Assembly: GCA_046483305.1 (NCBI GenBank)
Contig: JAWODM010000076.1
Coordinates: forward strand, 1 to 12,790
Source: Candidatus Krumholzibacteriales bacterium
GTDB lineage: Bacteria > Krumholzibacteriota > Krumholzibacteriia > Krumholzibacteriales > WJIX01
Direction: 5' to 3'
Length of the DNA: 12,790 nucleotides
Under the pieces are notes generated by a model that saw only the letters and a list, made by a program, of their open reading frames with translations, did not search any database and had not been told where the DNA came from. Both the position numbers and the translations under genes were made by a program. Below are positions 1 through 7,858 of the stretch, one piece after another. Each line of letters begins with the position of its first letter. The stretch's first letter is position 1.

Positions 1-768
1 CAGCTTTTCAGTCAGTTTCTCATACTCAGCCCGCTTGCTTTTCAGAGCCACGGTCCGGTCGCTGGAATATTCCCTGAGAAGCTCCAGGTCGATCCCCGCC
101 AGAACCTGCCTCAGTTTCAGGTTGACCGCCAATTTGATGGCGCCTTCGGTCTGCTCGGTAAAATCCGCTATTCCATGCCGGCTCTGAAAATCGGCGATCC
201 TTCCCTGTATACTTTCAAGTTTCCGGCTGTAAGTTTCCAGCTGTTCCGAGATGAACTTCATGGTATTCCCGGCCCTGGTAAACTCCAGCAACTGGTTAAG
301 AGAATTCAGGCTGCTGATATACAGATTCGCAATCTCAGAGGCCTTCACCGGGTCCCTGTCCCTGACTCTGAGATCGATAAGCCCGGTCTGGGAGACCGCA
401 ATGGCTGTAGCTCCCCGGAGTTTATCCAGAGTCTCATCCATGCTGGATGTCCCGTACCACTTTTTCAGGCTGAGAGAATCTATCACCATGGTCCTCAGCC
501 TTCTGCTGGTCAGGATGTCAGCAAGTATCTGGGCCCTGGTCCTTCCCGCCGACATGGGAACCACCATGGAGGGAAGGTTCAGATTGCTCATCCAGGCTTC
601 CAGAAAACTCTGCTGGCCCTCCTCCACCGGCGGCATGATCACCGCGCTGCTCTGGTACTTTGCGTCCGAGACAAGCAGGTAGATAACCGCCGCCACGGCG
701 AAAAGGGCGGCAGCAGCAAGGACAGCCTTTCTCTTCTTTGTCAGCTTATTCAGAAGTATTATCATCAT
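1..768 (-). CDS. Wzz/GumC (Wzc N-terminal)-like polysaccharide co-polymerase / chain-length determinant, partial (3' end beyond window)
   Basis: Translated by hand; absent from the ORF track because there is no stop in the window. Open from ATG at 768 to base 1: MMIILLNKLTKKRKAVLAAAALFAVAAVIYLLVSDAKYQSSAVIMPP...ILADILTSRRL...GLIDLRVRDRDPVKASEIANLYISSL...FISEQLETYSRKL...IADFQSRHGI. This gives an N-terminal TM helix, a Y-x-S-x-A-x-I-x-P motif, a 'DP..A..IAN' motif and a coiled coil, all typical of PCP proteins. Confidence 0.85.
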   Translation of the reverse strand, partial: MMIILLNKLTKKRKAVLAAAALFAVAAVIYLLVSDAKYQSSAVIMPPVEEGQQSFLEAWMSNLNLPSMVVPMSAGRTRAQILADILTSRRLRTMVIDSLSLKKWYGTSSMDETLDKLRGATAIAVSQTGLIDLRVRDRDPVKASEIANLYISSLNSLNQLLEFTRAGNTMKFISEQLETYSRKLESIQGRIADFQSRHGIADFTEQTEGAIKLAVNLKLRQVLAGIDLELLREYSSDRTVALKSKRAEYEKLTEKL

Positions 769-807
769 AATTAATAAATTCCATCACCTTTCGTGGAATT
801 TCAATAT

Positions 808-1788
808 CTAGTATTTAATACAGAAGGTCAATAGAATCCCTTTCGGGAATTTCTCCTCTCCTCCCACCGGCCCCATCTTTTCAAGAATCATATAATAATC
901 GACATCCAGCTGGAACTGGAAATCATAGGTTCTGAAAAGGGCGAAACCTGTTCCGGCGCTTACGGTGAATCCGGTTCTTTTTTCGCTTTCCTGCCTGGTA
1001 AATCCGGCGTCTTCGATTTCATACTCAGTATTAACAGATTCCAGCCCCAGACCGGCGCTGATGAACGGGCTGAAATCACCCCTTCCAAAATACTTTCCCA
1101 CCTTGGTGTGTAGCCAGGTGAAAGCCCAGGAACCGCTTCCCCACTTTATTCCGAATTTGCCGGAGAGAAAATAATCGTGCATGTCGTGCTGAACCACAAA
1201 ATCAATGGCCGGCATCCTGTCCGGCTTGCCGAAGGAGTTATCCAGAGCCCAGAGAAATCCGGCCCTGATCCCCTTGGTGGTAAAAGAGCTCCTTCGCCTG
1301 TCCGGAGAAGTCTCCTTTTCGGTTATCATCCCCACCTCTGCCGATTCGGAGACCGACCTTCCGGTCGAAATACTCTTGGCCAGGCGCTTTGCCACTATAT
1401 CCAGGTCTTCGACAGTTTCCGAAGAACCTTCCGCTCTCTGGACCACCTCGCTGTTTCCCGCGTCCACCAGGCTTACATTAGCTATTATCTTATCCCCGAA
1501 CCTGGTCAGCGATCCTATCAGCGCCCTCTCATATCCTGCATCCTGGGCATAACCGGCCGCGCAGACAGGCGTATGGCACTGAACATTGCCAATCATTTCA
1601 TAGGCCCTTACCGGAATATAAACCCCGTAATCGCTGAGGGCATCTCCGAATACCTGGTCCACCGCATCCAGAAGCTGTTCGTCTACCCCGGACGATTTGA
1701 ACCTGAACAGCAGAACCTTCTCAGCCGAAACTGCGCCGGCCGGGGCGCCAAGCATTATAACCACAATTATAAGAATAATCTTCTTCAT
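808..1788 (-). CDS. Secreted/outer-membrane protein: N-terminal periplasmic alpha/beta (TolB-N/CsgG-like) domain plus C-terminal small beta-barrel
   Basis: ORF 808..1827. The likely start is ATG 1788 (MKKIILIIVVIMLGAPAGAVSA, signal peptide). 'LIGSLTRFGDKIIANVSLVD' resembles TolB-N/CsgG-type strands. The C-terminal half has amphipathic strands (FSPFISAGLG, GFTVSAGTGF, FQFQLDVDYY) and ends in an aromatic residue (LTFCIKY), consistent with a beta-signal. Confidence 0.65.
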   Translation of the reverse strand: MKKIILIIVVIMLGAPAGAVSAEKVLLFRFKSSGVDEQLLDAVDQVFGDALSDYGVYIPVRAYEMIGNVQCHTPVCAAGYAQDAGYERALIGSLTRFGDKIIANVSLVDAGNSEVVQRAEGSSETVEDLDIVAKRLAKSISTGRSVSESAEVGMITEKETSPDRRRSSFTTKGIRAGFLWALDNSFGKPDRMPAIDFVVQHDMHDYFLSGKFGIKWGSGSWAFTWLHTKVGKYFGRGDFSPFISAGLGLESVNTEYEIEDAGFTRQESEKRTGFTVSAGTGFALFRTYDFQFQLDVDYYMILEKMGPVGGEEKFPKGILLTFCIKY

Positions 1789-1833
1789 AACATACCCTGC
1801 CCTTCCGATATTCCGTCTATAGGACAATCATCT

Positions 1834-1857
1834 AATCCTGAAGATTAATTCAGGATT
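1834..1857. other. Perfect 9-bp inverted repeat (hairpin or operator) just downstream of the CMD gene stop
   Basis: AATCCTGAA-GATTAA-TTCAGGATT. There is no U-tract on the minus strand, so it is not a clear intrinsic terminator. Confidence 0.5.
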
Positions 1858-1860
1858 TGG

Positions 1861-2199
1861 TCAAAGCATCTCCTGCAGTTTCTCCGCCGCGCTCCTCAGA
1901 TGGGGAATTACGATAGAGCCCCCCACCACCAGAGCCACATTGAAGGCCTCATATATCTGCTCTTTGGTTGCTTCCGCTTCCAGAGATTTTATCAGATGGT
2001 ACTCGATGCAATCGTCGCACCTGAGGACCATGGAGGCGACCAGCCCCATCAGCTCCTTGGTCTTCTCATCCAGGGCCGCGCCATGATAGGCCTGTTCATC
2101 CAGGGCAAAGAATCTCTTTATTCCAAGATGCTTTCCCGACAGGACTATCTCATTGAGTCTATCCCGCTCCTGCATGAATTTCTTATCCCATCTTGCCAT
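1861..2199 (-). CDS. Carboxymuconolactone decarboxylase / AhpD-like family protein
   Basis: Motif 'ALDEKTKELMGLVASMVLRCDDCIEYH...VALVVGGSIVIPH' with the AhpD-core CxxC-x3-H. The likely start is ATG 2199 (MARWDKKF), preceded by GGTGG. Confidence 0.9.
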   Translation of the reverse strand: MARWDKKFMQERDRLNEIVLSGKHLGIKRFFALDEQAYHGAALDEKTKELMGLVASMVLRCDDCIEYHLIKSLEAEATKEQIYEAFNVALVVGGSIVIPHLRSAAEKLQEML

Positions 2200-2220
2200 T
2201 TTAACCACCAGCCTTTGCAC

Positions 2221-2251
2221 CAGGAAGCATCCGCGGACCGGAGCTTCTCTG
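2221..2251. other. Intergenic hairpin between tyrS and the CMD gene
   Basis: CAG-GAAGC-A-TCCG-[CGGAC]-CGGA-GCTTC-T-CTG: 12 bp with two single-base bulges and no U-tract. Confidence 0.45.
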
Positions 2252-2272
2252 ATTCGGTAAATTTAACAGGCC

Positions 2273-3499
2273 CTATTCCTCCCTGACCACTTTCATATAC
2301 CTTTTCTTTCCCGCCCTCAGCAGGATCGCCCCTTCCCTGATATCGGAAGATGTTATTTTCCGATCGAAAGATTCAATACGTTCATCGTTTACGTATGCGC
2401 CCCCCTGTTTGATCAGTCTTCTCGCCTCACTGCGCGAACCCACCAGGCCCGAGTCTGCCAGAAGCACGAAAGCGGCAATCCCCCCCTCCAGAACCGACGG
2501 CTCGACCCTGTGAGTCGGCACTCCTTCATCCGCCGAGCCATCTCCGGCGAACAGCGCTCTGGCGGCGCCGCGGGCTTTCTCCGCTTCATCTTTTCCGTGC
2601 AGCAGGGCGGTGGCCTCATAGGCCAGCGTCTCCTTGGCATTGCGGATATCCGCTCCATCAACATCGCAGAGTTTTCGGATTTCATCCGGTGGAAGGAATG
2701 TAAACAGAAGCAGGAACCTCTCCACATCACGGTCGTCGGCATTTATCCAGTACTGGTAATATTCATAAGGAGAGGTTCTGGCGCCGTCCAGCCATATGGC
2801 GCCCCCCTCGGTCTTCCCCATCTTCTGGCCTGTGGCGGTGGTCAGCAGCGGGAAGGTGAGAGCTTCCGCCTGGCCTCCCTCCACCCTTCTGATAAGGTCC
2901 GCTCCGGCCAGGATGTTCCCCCACTGGTCGTTGCCGCCCATCTGAATCCTGCAATCGCACTCCCTGTACAGGTGAAGGAAATCGTAGGACTGAAGCAGCA
3001 TGTAATTAAACTCTATGAAATTCAGCCCGGTTTCCAGGCGCTGCCGGTATGATTCGGCCGCCAGCATCTTGTTTACGCTGAAATGCCGGCCGATATCCCT
3101 GAGAAACTCTATATAGTTCAGCGGCCTCAGCCATTCGGCGTTATCCATTACCACCGCGGTGTCCTTCGAGAAATCCAGAAACCTTCCAATCTGCTTTGCC
3201 AGCTTCTTTCCGTTGCTGTCGATCTCCTCCGCAGAGAGAATCTGCCTCATCTCGGATTTGCCGCTGGGATCTCCTATCATCGCCGTGCCGCCTCCCATCA
3301 GGGCGATAACCCGGTGGCCGTATCTCTGCATGTGGGCCAGGGCCATGATGGGAACCAGGCTGCCGCAGTGAAAGCTGTCCGCGGTGGGGTCAAAACCTAT
3401 GTAGCAGGTGGCGCTGCCGGATAAAAGCTCCCCGACATTTTCCTCACTGCTGCACTGCTCCACGAAACCGCGCTCTTTGAGCTCATCGAATACATTCAT
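2273..3499 (-). CDS. tyrS: Tyrosine--tRNA ligase
   Basis: YIGFDPTADSFHCGS (HIGH-equivalent), GGGTAMIGDPSG, EFNYMLLQSYDF, QMGGNDQWGNI, KMGKT (KMSKS-equivalent) and a C-terminal S4 domain (SRSEARRLIKQGG...LRAGKK). GGGAG lies upstream of the ATG. Confidence 0.99.
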   Translation of the reverse strand: MNVFDELKERGFVEQCSSEENVGELLSGSATCYIGFDPTADSFHCGSLVPIMALAHMQRYGHRVIALMGGGTAMIGDPSGKSEMRQILSAEEIDSNGKKLAKQIGRFLDFSKDTAVVMDNAEWLRPLNYIEFLRDIGRHFSVNKMLAAESYRQRLETGLNFIEFNYMLLQSYDFLHLYRECDCRIQMGGNDQWGNILAGADLIRRVEGGQAEALTFPLLTTATGQKMGKTEGGAIWLDGARTSPYEYYQYWINADDRDVERFLLLFTFLPPDEIRKLCDVDGADIRNAKETLAYEATALLHGKDEAEKARGAARALFAGDGSADEGVPTHRVEPSVLEGGIAAFVLLADSGLVGSRSEARRLIKQGGAYVNDERIESFDRKITSSDIREGAILLRAGKKRYMKVVREE

Positions 3500-3616
3500 C
3501 TTGTCACCGCTCCCGGCTGCAGTTTTTTTAATGTTTTTACCTTCTGATTACTTTATATTTACAATAATAATGGAAATTAACAATAATATTTTTAACGATT
3601 TTCCGAAAGGTTTAAA
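3500..3616. promoter_or_regulatory. AT-rich divergent promoter region for tyrS and the peptidase
   Basis: Very AT-rich spacer between divergent starts, with GAAAGG before ATG 3617. Individual -35/-10 boxes cannot be placed unambiguously. Confidence 0.5.
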
Positions 3617-5074
3617 ATGAGAAAAGGGATTTTCGCCGCGGGACTGCTGATTTCAATAATAATTTTATCCTCTTTCGGCCTCGGCGCTTCAGACGCTCAG
3701 CGGGAGATTGAACGGCTGAACCGGATGATCAGAGAAAAGGGTTACCACTGGAAGGCGGGGATAACCTCCATGAGCGGGCTGAGCGAGGAGGAGGTAAGGC
3801 GGCGCACCGGCTTTATTCCGGTACCGCAGGATATCAAGAAACAGATTCCGCTCTTCGAAAAGGTTCCGGCGGCGATTGACGACACCTATTTCAACTGGCA
3901 GGATATGTCGGGAGTGACCGATATAAAGAATCAGGCCAGCTGCGGCTCCTGCTGGGCTTTCGCCACGGTCGCTCAGCTGGAGAGCTTCGTCAGAATATAC
4001 GATCACAGGTACGAGGACCTATCCGAGCAGCAGCTGATAGACTGCGGGCCGGGAAGCTGTACAGGAGGAACGCTCACCTCCGCATATTCGATTTTCCAGG
4101 ATTACGGTTCTGTATCGGAATTAGATCTGCCTTACCTGGAGGATGATATTTACTCATGCACCCAGAATTCATATCTGCCCAGGGCGAATATAGACGGCTA
4201 CACCAGGGTGGCCAATTCGGTTGCCGCCATCAAGAGCGCCCTTCAGGAGGGACCGGTAGTAAGTGGAATATACGGCACCTCAACAGCTTTCCTCAACTAC
4301 TCCGGCGGCTGCTTCGACACCGACTACCCAAACCAGGTTGACCATGCAGTTCTCATTCTGGGCTGGGACGACAGCGCCTGCGGCGGCGACGGCGCCTGGA
4401 TCTGCAAGAACAGCTGGGGAGAGGGATGGGGAATGGACGGATACTTCACCATCAAGTACGGGACCTGCAGTATCGGGGAAGTCGAATCCTGGCAGATCGA
4501 TTACACCCGGAACGTCGGTTTCACCGGAACGGTCCCCTCCGGAGAGCTTTACGGCGGAGACGATATAACCCTCAACTGGGAGACCGGAAGTGCCGGCCCC
4601 TACGATATAGACATCACCCTCTTCGACAACAATGATAAATTCCGTTACTTTGTCATCGCGGATGATACCACCGGTATCAATTCCATAACCTGGACACTGC
4701 CGGAAGAGGTTATCCCCGACGCTTCGATAGTAATAGAAGCCCGCTCGCAGGATTCCGATATCAGCGGCAGGGACGAGATCGAAAACCTCAGGGTTACATT
4801 CATGACCAGGGTCCTGGACAACGCTCCAAACCCCTTCACCGATAAGACTTCCATAACCTATTCAATCTCAACACCCTCCAGGGTGGAGCTGAAAATCTTC
4901 TCGCCGGAGGGCAGGCTGGTAAAAACCATCGCCAGGGATGTCCAGCCGGGCGAGCATACCGTGGAATGGGACGGAACCGACGAGGCCGGCAGCTACGTCA
5001 CACCGGGTGTGTACCTGTGCCGGATCAAGGGAGCGGGGCTGGAGGATACCAGGAAGATAATATATCTGAAGTGA
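3617..5074 (+). CDS. Secreted papain-family (C1A) cysteine peptidase with Ig-like linker and C-terminal FlgD-Ig/T9SS-type sorting domain
   Basis: Signal peptide; short propeptide (WKAGITSMSGLSEEE); KNQASCGSCWAF (oxyanion Gln, catalytic Cys); LSEQQLIDC; DHAVLILGW (His); WICKNSWG (Asn). C-terminus NAPNPF...GRLVKT...WDGTD...GVYLCR...TRKIIYLK. Confidence 0.93.
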   Translation: MRKGIFAAGLLISIIILSSFGLGASDAQREIERLNRMIREKGYHWKAGITSMSGLSEEEVRRRTGFIPVPQDIKKQIPLFEKVPAAIDDTYFNWQDMSGVTDIKNQASCGSCWAFATVAQLESFVRIYDHRYEDLSEQQLIDCGPGSCTGGTLTSAYSIFQDYGSVSELDLPYLEDDIYSCTQNSYLPRANIDGYTRVANSVAAIKSALQEGPVVSGIYGTSTAFLNYSGGCFDTDYPNQVDHAVLILGWDDSACGGDGAWICKNSWGEGWGMDGYFTIKYGTCSIGEVESWQIDYTRNVGFTGTVPSGELYGGDDITLNWETGSAGPYDIDITLFDNNDKFRYFVIADDTTGINSITWTLPEEVIPDASIVIEARSQDSDISGRDEIENLRVTFMTRVLDNAPNPFTDKTSITYSISTPSRVELKIFSPEGRLVKTIARDVQPGEHTVEWDGTDEAGSYVTPGVYLCRIKGAGLEDTRKIIYLK

Positions 5075-5172
5075 ATCTTTAGTCGTTAATCAACTTATAG
5101 ATTTGCGGACAAATCCATAGTATAATGCCCCGGTCATAAATCGATAATAAATACCGGAAAAATTGAAAATCA

Positions 5173-5196
5173 GCGGAATTGCCGCATTTATTTCTT
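5173..5196 (+). terminator. Possible weak intrinsic terminator after the peptidase
   Basis: GCGG-AATTG-CCGC followed by ATTTATTTCTT; the stem is only 4 bp. Confidence 0.25.
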
Positions 5197-5422
5197 GACA
5201 TCATTTTCAGCCTGCAATTCCCTGAGTATAGTATATGCCTTTAATTATGCTGCAGATAGCCCCTTATATGCTCCTGCGGACATTATCTGGCAGCGTCCTG
5301 CATTTTTACATTTCCTGAGCTCTTTTAACCTCTCCGGGACCATTCTCAGCGGCCCTGAAAAGGTATGTTATATTGATATGTACAGGGGGGACGCATTGGT
5401 TTTAGTGAAGAGGAGGTGCGCA

Positions 5423-6295
5423 GTGAGCGTCCGGATTTCAGAGGCAGGTCTCAAGAAAGATGAAAGTATAAAGTTACTTCGGGCAGAGCTGTCGTGTATT
5501 GATGACAGGAAGCTGCTGAAGGGGGTATTATCTCTCAACGAAAGGGAGAGAAAACTGAAGGTCAGAGTATTACTATACCTTCGCGAAATCGACAGAAGGC
5601 GGCTCTACCTCGAGCTGGGCTATTCCTCGATGTTCGAGTTCTGCACGGAGAGGCTGGGTTATACCCGCTCCAGCGCATGCAGGAGAATAAAAGCGGCCAG
5701 GTGTACCGGGAGATACCCGGAAACAGCGGTTATGTTATATTCGGGAGAGGTCAGCATTTCGACTGTGGCGATGATCTCGGGTATAATCAACCGGGAAAAC
5801 CGCCGGGAGTTATTAAACAGAATAAGGGGGAGGTCATACAGGGAAGCCGAAGAGGAACTTTCCAGATACAGGCCGGTAAGAAGAACCCCCGAGAGGATCA
5901 GGACAGTATTTACCCACAAACCTGAAAAAAGGGAAATTACGCCATCCACTCCCGACGTTGGGAGTGGAGAAAAGTCAGTTGATATGAATAAAATGAACGG
6001 GAATCCTGAGGAGGACGAGGATAAAGATAAGAATATAAATGTCGAAAAGAATTACCGGCTGCAGTTCATGGTAAAAGAGAAGACAATGGATAAGATCAAC
6101 AGAGCGAAGTCTCTTCTTTCTACTAAATATCCGAAGGGGATCAATCTGGAGCTTCTCTTCGATGAATTGCTTGATAATTACCTGGAAGAGAACGATCCGG
6201 AAAGAAGAAAAGTATCCTTCATTATTCTTTCAACTCCAAAAGCAGTTCCTGGACTCCGAGCTCCCCGGCCCTTCGACAGAATCAAATCTTCCTGA
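5423..6295 (+). pseudogene. HNH endonuclease-family (DUF222-like N-terminus) gene truncated before the HNH domain
   Basis: AGGAGG at 5411-5416 then GTG 5423. 'LYLREIDRRRLYLELGYSSMFEFCTERLGYTRSSACRRIKAAR' and 'YRLQFMV...AKSLLSTKYPKG..LELLFDELLDNYLEENDPERRK' match the multicopy HNH-protein N-terminus as I recall it. The expected RDGGRC...DHI...GG...NL.LLC..HN part is absent. After ~6210 the frame runs into unrelated sequence. Confidence 0.75.
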
Positions 6296-6321
6296 GAGAC
6301 CACCCTGATTGATTCACCCTC
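6222..6321 (-). pseudogene. Remnant of a nucleotidyltransferase-family gene (internally deleted 3' part)
   Basis: EGESIRVVSQEDLILSK (6321-6271) is joined out of frame to AGELGVQELLLELKE* (6269-6222). Both resemble conserved C-terminal blocks of small NTases. The stop overlaps the next ATG (TAATG), which gives MKDT before the junction at ~6210. Confidence 0.55.
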
Positions 6322-6432
6322 TCGTACAAAGCCGACCGCACTTCGCAAGGGGCGACGCCGGAGCAGCCGCGGGAATGCAGGGCTCCCGCCGGATCGGGAT
6401 GCGGGCCTGGCACCGCTCAAATAACCGGCAGA

Positions 6433-7596
6433 TCAATAACCGAGCGAGTGATACCCGTCCGGCGATCCGGGTGGGTACCTGTCGTTAGGCACCGATGAGC
6501 TCGCCGGTATGGGAGCTCCGAGAAGCTTCAGCGGGGCGTTACGGTACATCGAGACATCCAGTATCGTGATCACTACCTCCGGCAGTGTGCTGTCGGAGAA
6601 GTCATTCAGCGTACGGGCCTCCTCGACACGGAAGGCGACGATACCGAGCGTCTCGCCCTGAAGGTTGCCGTTCACGCCCAGTGGTGAATCGAAATCGTAG
6701 TTGATGCTGACATCGCTGTCGTATACGACCGCGACAACGATCCTGCCGATAAGCCGGTTGATCCCGAGGGCCCGCAGCGGTCTGACATCGGGGATCTTGT
6801 CAAGCCGCTCCTGGGAGGGGATCGAGTCGGTCCCATTGATACCGAAATAGTTTCTTACAGCCTTCTGCATCTCGAGCCCGTCAAGACAGGTATTGTCTTC
6901 ATAACCGTAACCGCAAATCCACTTCGCGGGGATGCAGTTCGGAGCAAACCATCCCTCATCGCCGGTCTGGCCGGTCATCACGGTGATGGTCCGTCCTGTG
7001 TTCGACTGGAAGTAACGAAGCACCTGCCTCTGGGTCTCGTCCGACATGTCGTCGTTTACATCCTGCTCACTGAAGAAATCGGGTCCATCAGGAGTTATTG
7101 GCCCGCCGGCGCTGTTGTAGTACAGCCCGTTGTCCAATCCATCCTCGTCGATGATCAGGAAAAACGGCATTTCTTCTCCCCAGGTTACAAACAGATAGAT
7201 TCCGCCCGTTCCGTCCGATACCGGGTACAGTACAAGGGATATGTCCGTTATCATTCCTTCGATGACAGTGACCTCGGTCTCCCCCGTATACTCCACCACG
7301 CCTTCCTGGTTCTTGGCATCCACCTTCAGATGCCAGACTCCCGGCGGAATATCGTTCAGCGTCAGTTCCGCGGCGGAGTCGCTGAGAAGGTCCATCTCGG
7401 CAGATATCGTCTCAAATCCGCTCCTGGTAAGGGTGGCCTCGACTGAGACGACGGAAGTCGGCGCATTCTCCCTGTCTATTCTCAGCACCATAGCTCCGGT
7501 AGTTTTATCCACGGGCGTCATGACCTTGTCATCAGTCTCGCAGCCCATTGAAAAGACCAGTGCACCTATTAATAATGTGAAAAACAGCTTCTTCAC
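6433..7596 (-). CDS. Lipoprotein: N-terminal beta-sandwich (carboxypeptidase-regulatory-like) module plus uncharacterised C-terminal domain
   Basis: The likely start is GTG 7596 after GAAGGGGG. MKKLFFTLLIGALVFSMG|C is a lipoprotein signal. 'LTLNDIPPGVWHLKVDA...GETEVTVIEG...ISLVL' is a prealbumin-like sandwich pattern. Confidence 0.8.
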   Translation of the reverse strand: MKKLFFTLLIGALVFSMGCETDDKVMTPVDKTTGAMVLRIDRENAPTSVVSVEATLTRSGFETISAEMDLLSDSAAELTLNDIPPGVWHLKVDAKNQEGVVEYTGETEVTVIEGMITDISLVLYPVSDGTGGIYLFVTWGEEMPFFLIIDEDGLDNGLYYNSAGGPITPDGPDFFSEQDVNDDMSDETQRQVLRYFQSNTGRTITVMTGQTGDEGWFAPNCIPAKWICGYGYEDNTCLDGLEMQKAVRNYFGINGTDSIPSQERLDKIPDVRPLRALGINRLIGRIVVAVVYDSDVSINYDFDSPLGVNGNLQGETLGIVAFRVEEARTLNDFSDSTLPEVVITILDVSMYRNAPLKLLGAPIPASSSVPNDRYPPGSPDGYHSLGY

Positions 7597-7649
7597 GGTA
7601 GTACCCCCTTCATTCGGCAATATTTGTTTTAAATTGCTACTCCAGTTTA

Positions 7650-7678
7650 ATTCTATGCGGAAACGGGCACTTTGTCAA
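7650..7678 (-). promoter_or_regulatory. sigma70-type promoter for the lipoprotein gene
   Basis: TTGACA (7678-7673), 17 nt, TAGAAT (7655-7650); about 55 nt upstream of the start. Confidence 0.8.
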
Positions 7679-7858
7679 TATAAGCATTGGTTCCAGCCCC
7701 GGCGTTGTGTGCTACCTCGCAGCCGGGCGGCACTCCCGGAGCTATGCTTTAAACCGGGTATCCACTGTCCGCTCCGCTCAGGAACCGGACCAGGGGTTGT
7801 TCTCATGGGCAGGTTGTTAAGCGGTAAAAGCTGAAAATATGGGTTCCTGGGCTCAATA

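Noticed and set aside
175..774. Plus-strand ORFs 175..774 and 251..682
   Set aside because: Antisense shadows of the minus-strand Wzz/GumC-like gene.
3350..3410. TyrRS 'HCGS' instead of HIGH
   Set aside because: HxGS/HxGN variants occur in bacterial TyrRS and all other motifs are intact, so this is not evidence of altered function.
3500..3616. T-box riboswitch upstream of tyrS
   Set aside because: Leader too short and AT-rich; no T-box motif or terminator seen.
965..3620. Overlapping ORFs opposite or within the OMP, CMD and tyrS genes
   Set aside because: No motifs; typical shadow ORFs of GC-rich coding DNA.
5195..5422. N-terminal 76 codons of ORF 5195..6295
   Set aside because: TTG start without an RBS; AGGAGG plus GTG at 5423 is far better.
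6178..6420. 80-aa minus ORF as a real gene
   Set aside because: Chimera of spacer, NTase fragment, MKDT stub and antisense HNH sequence.
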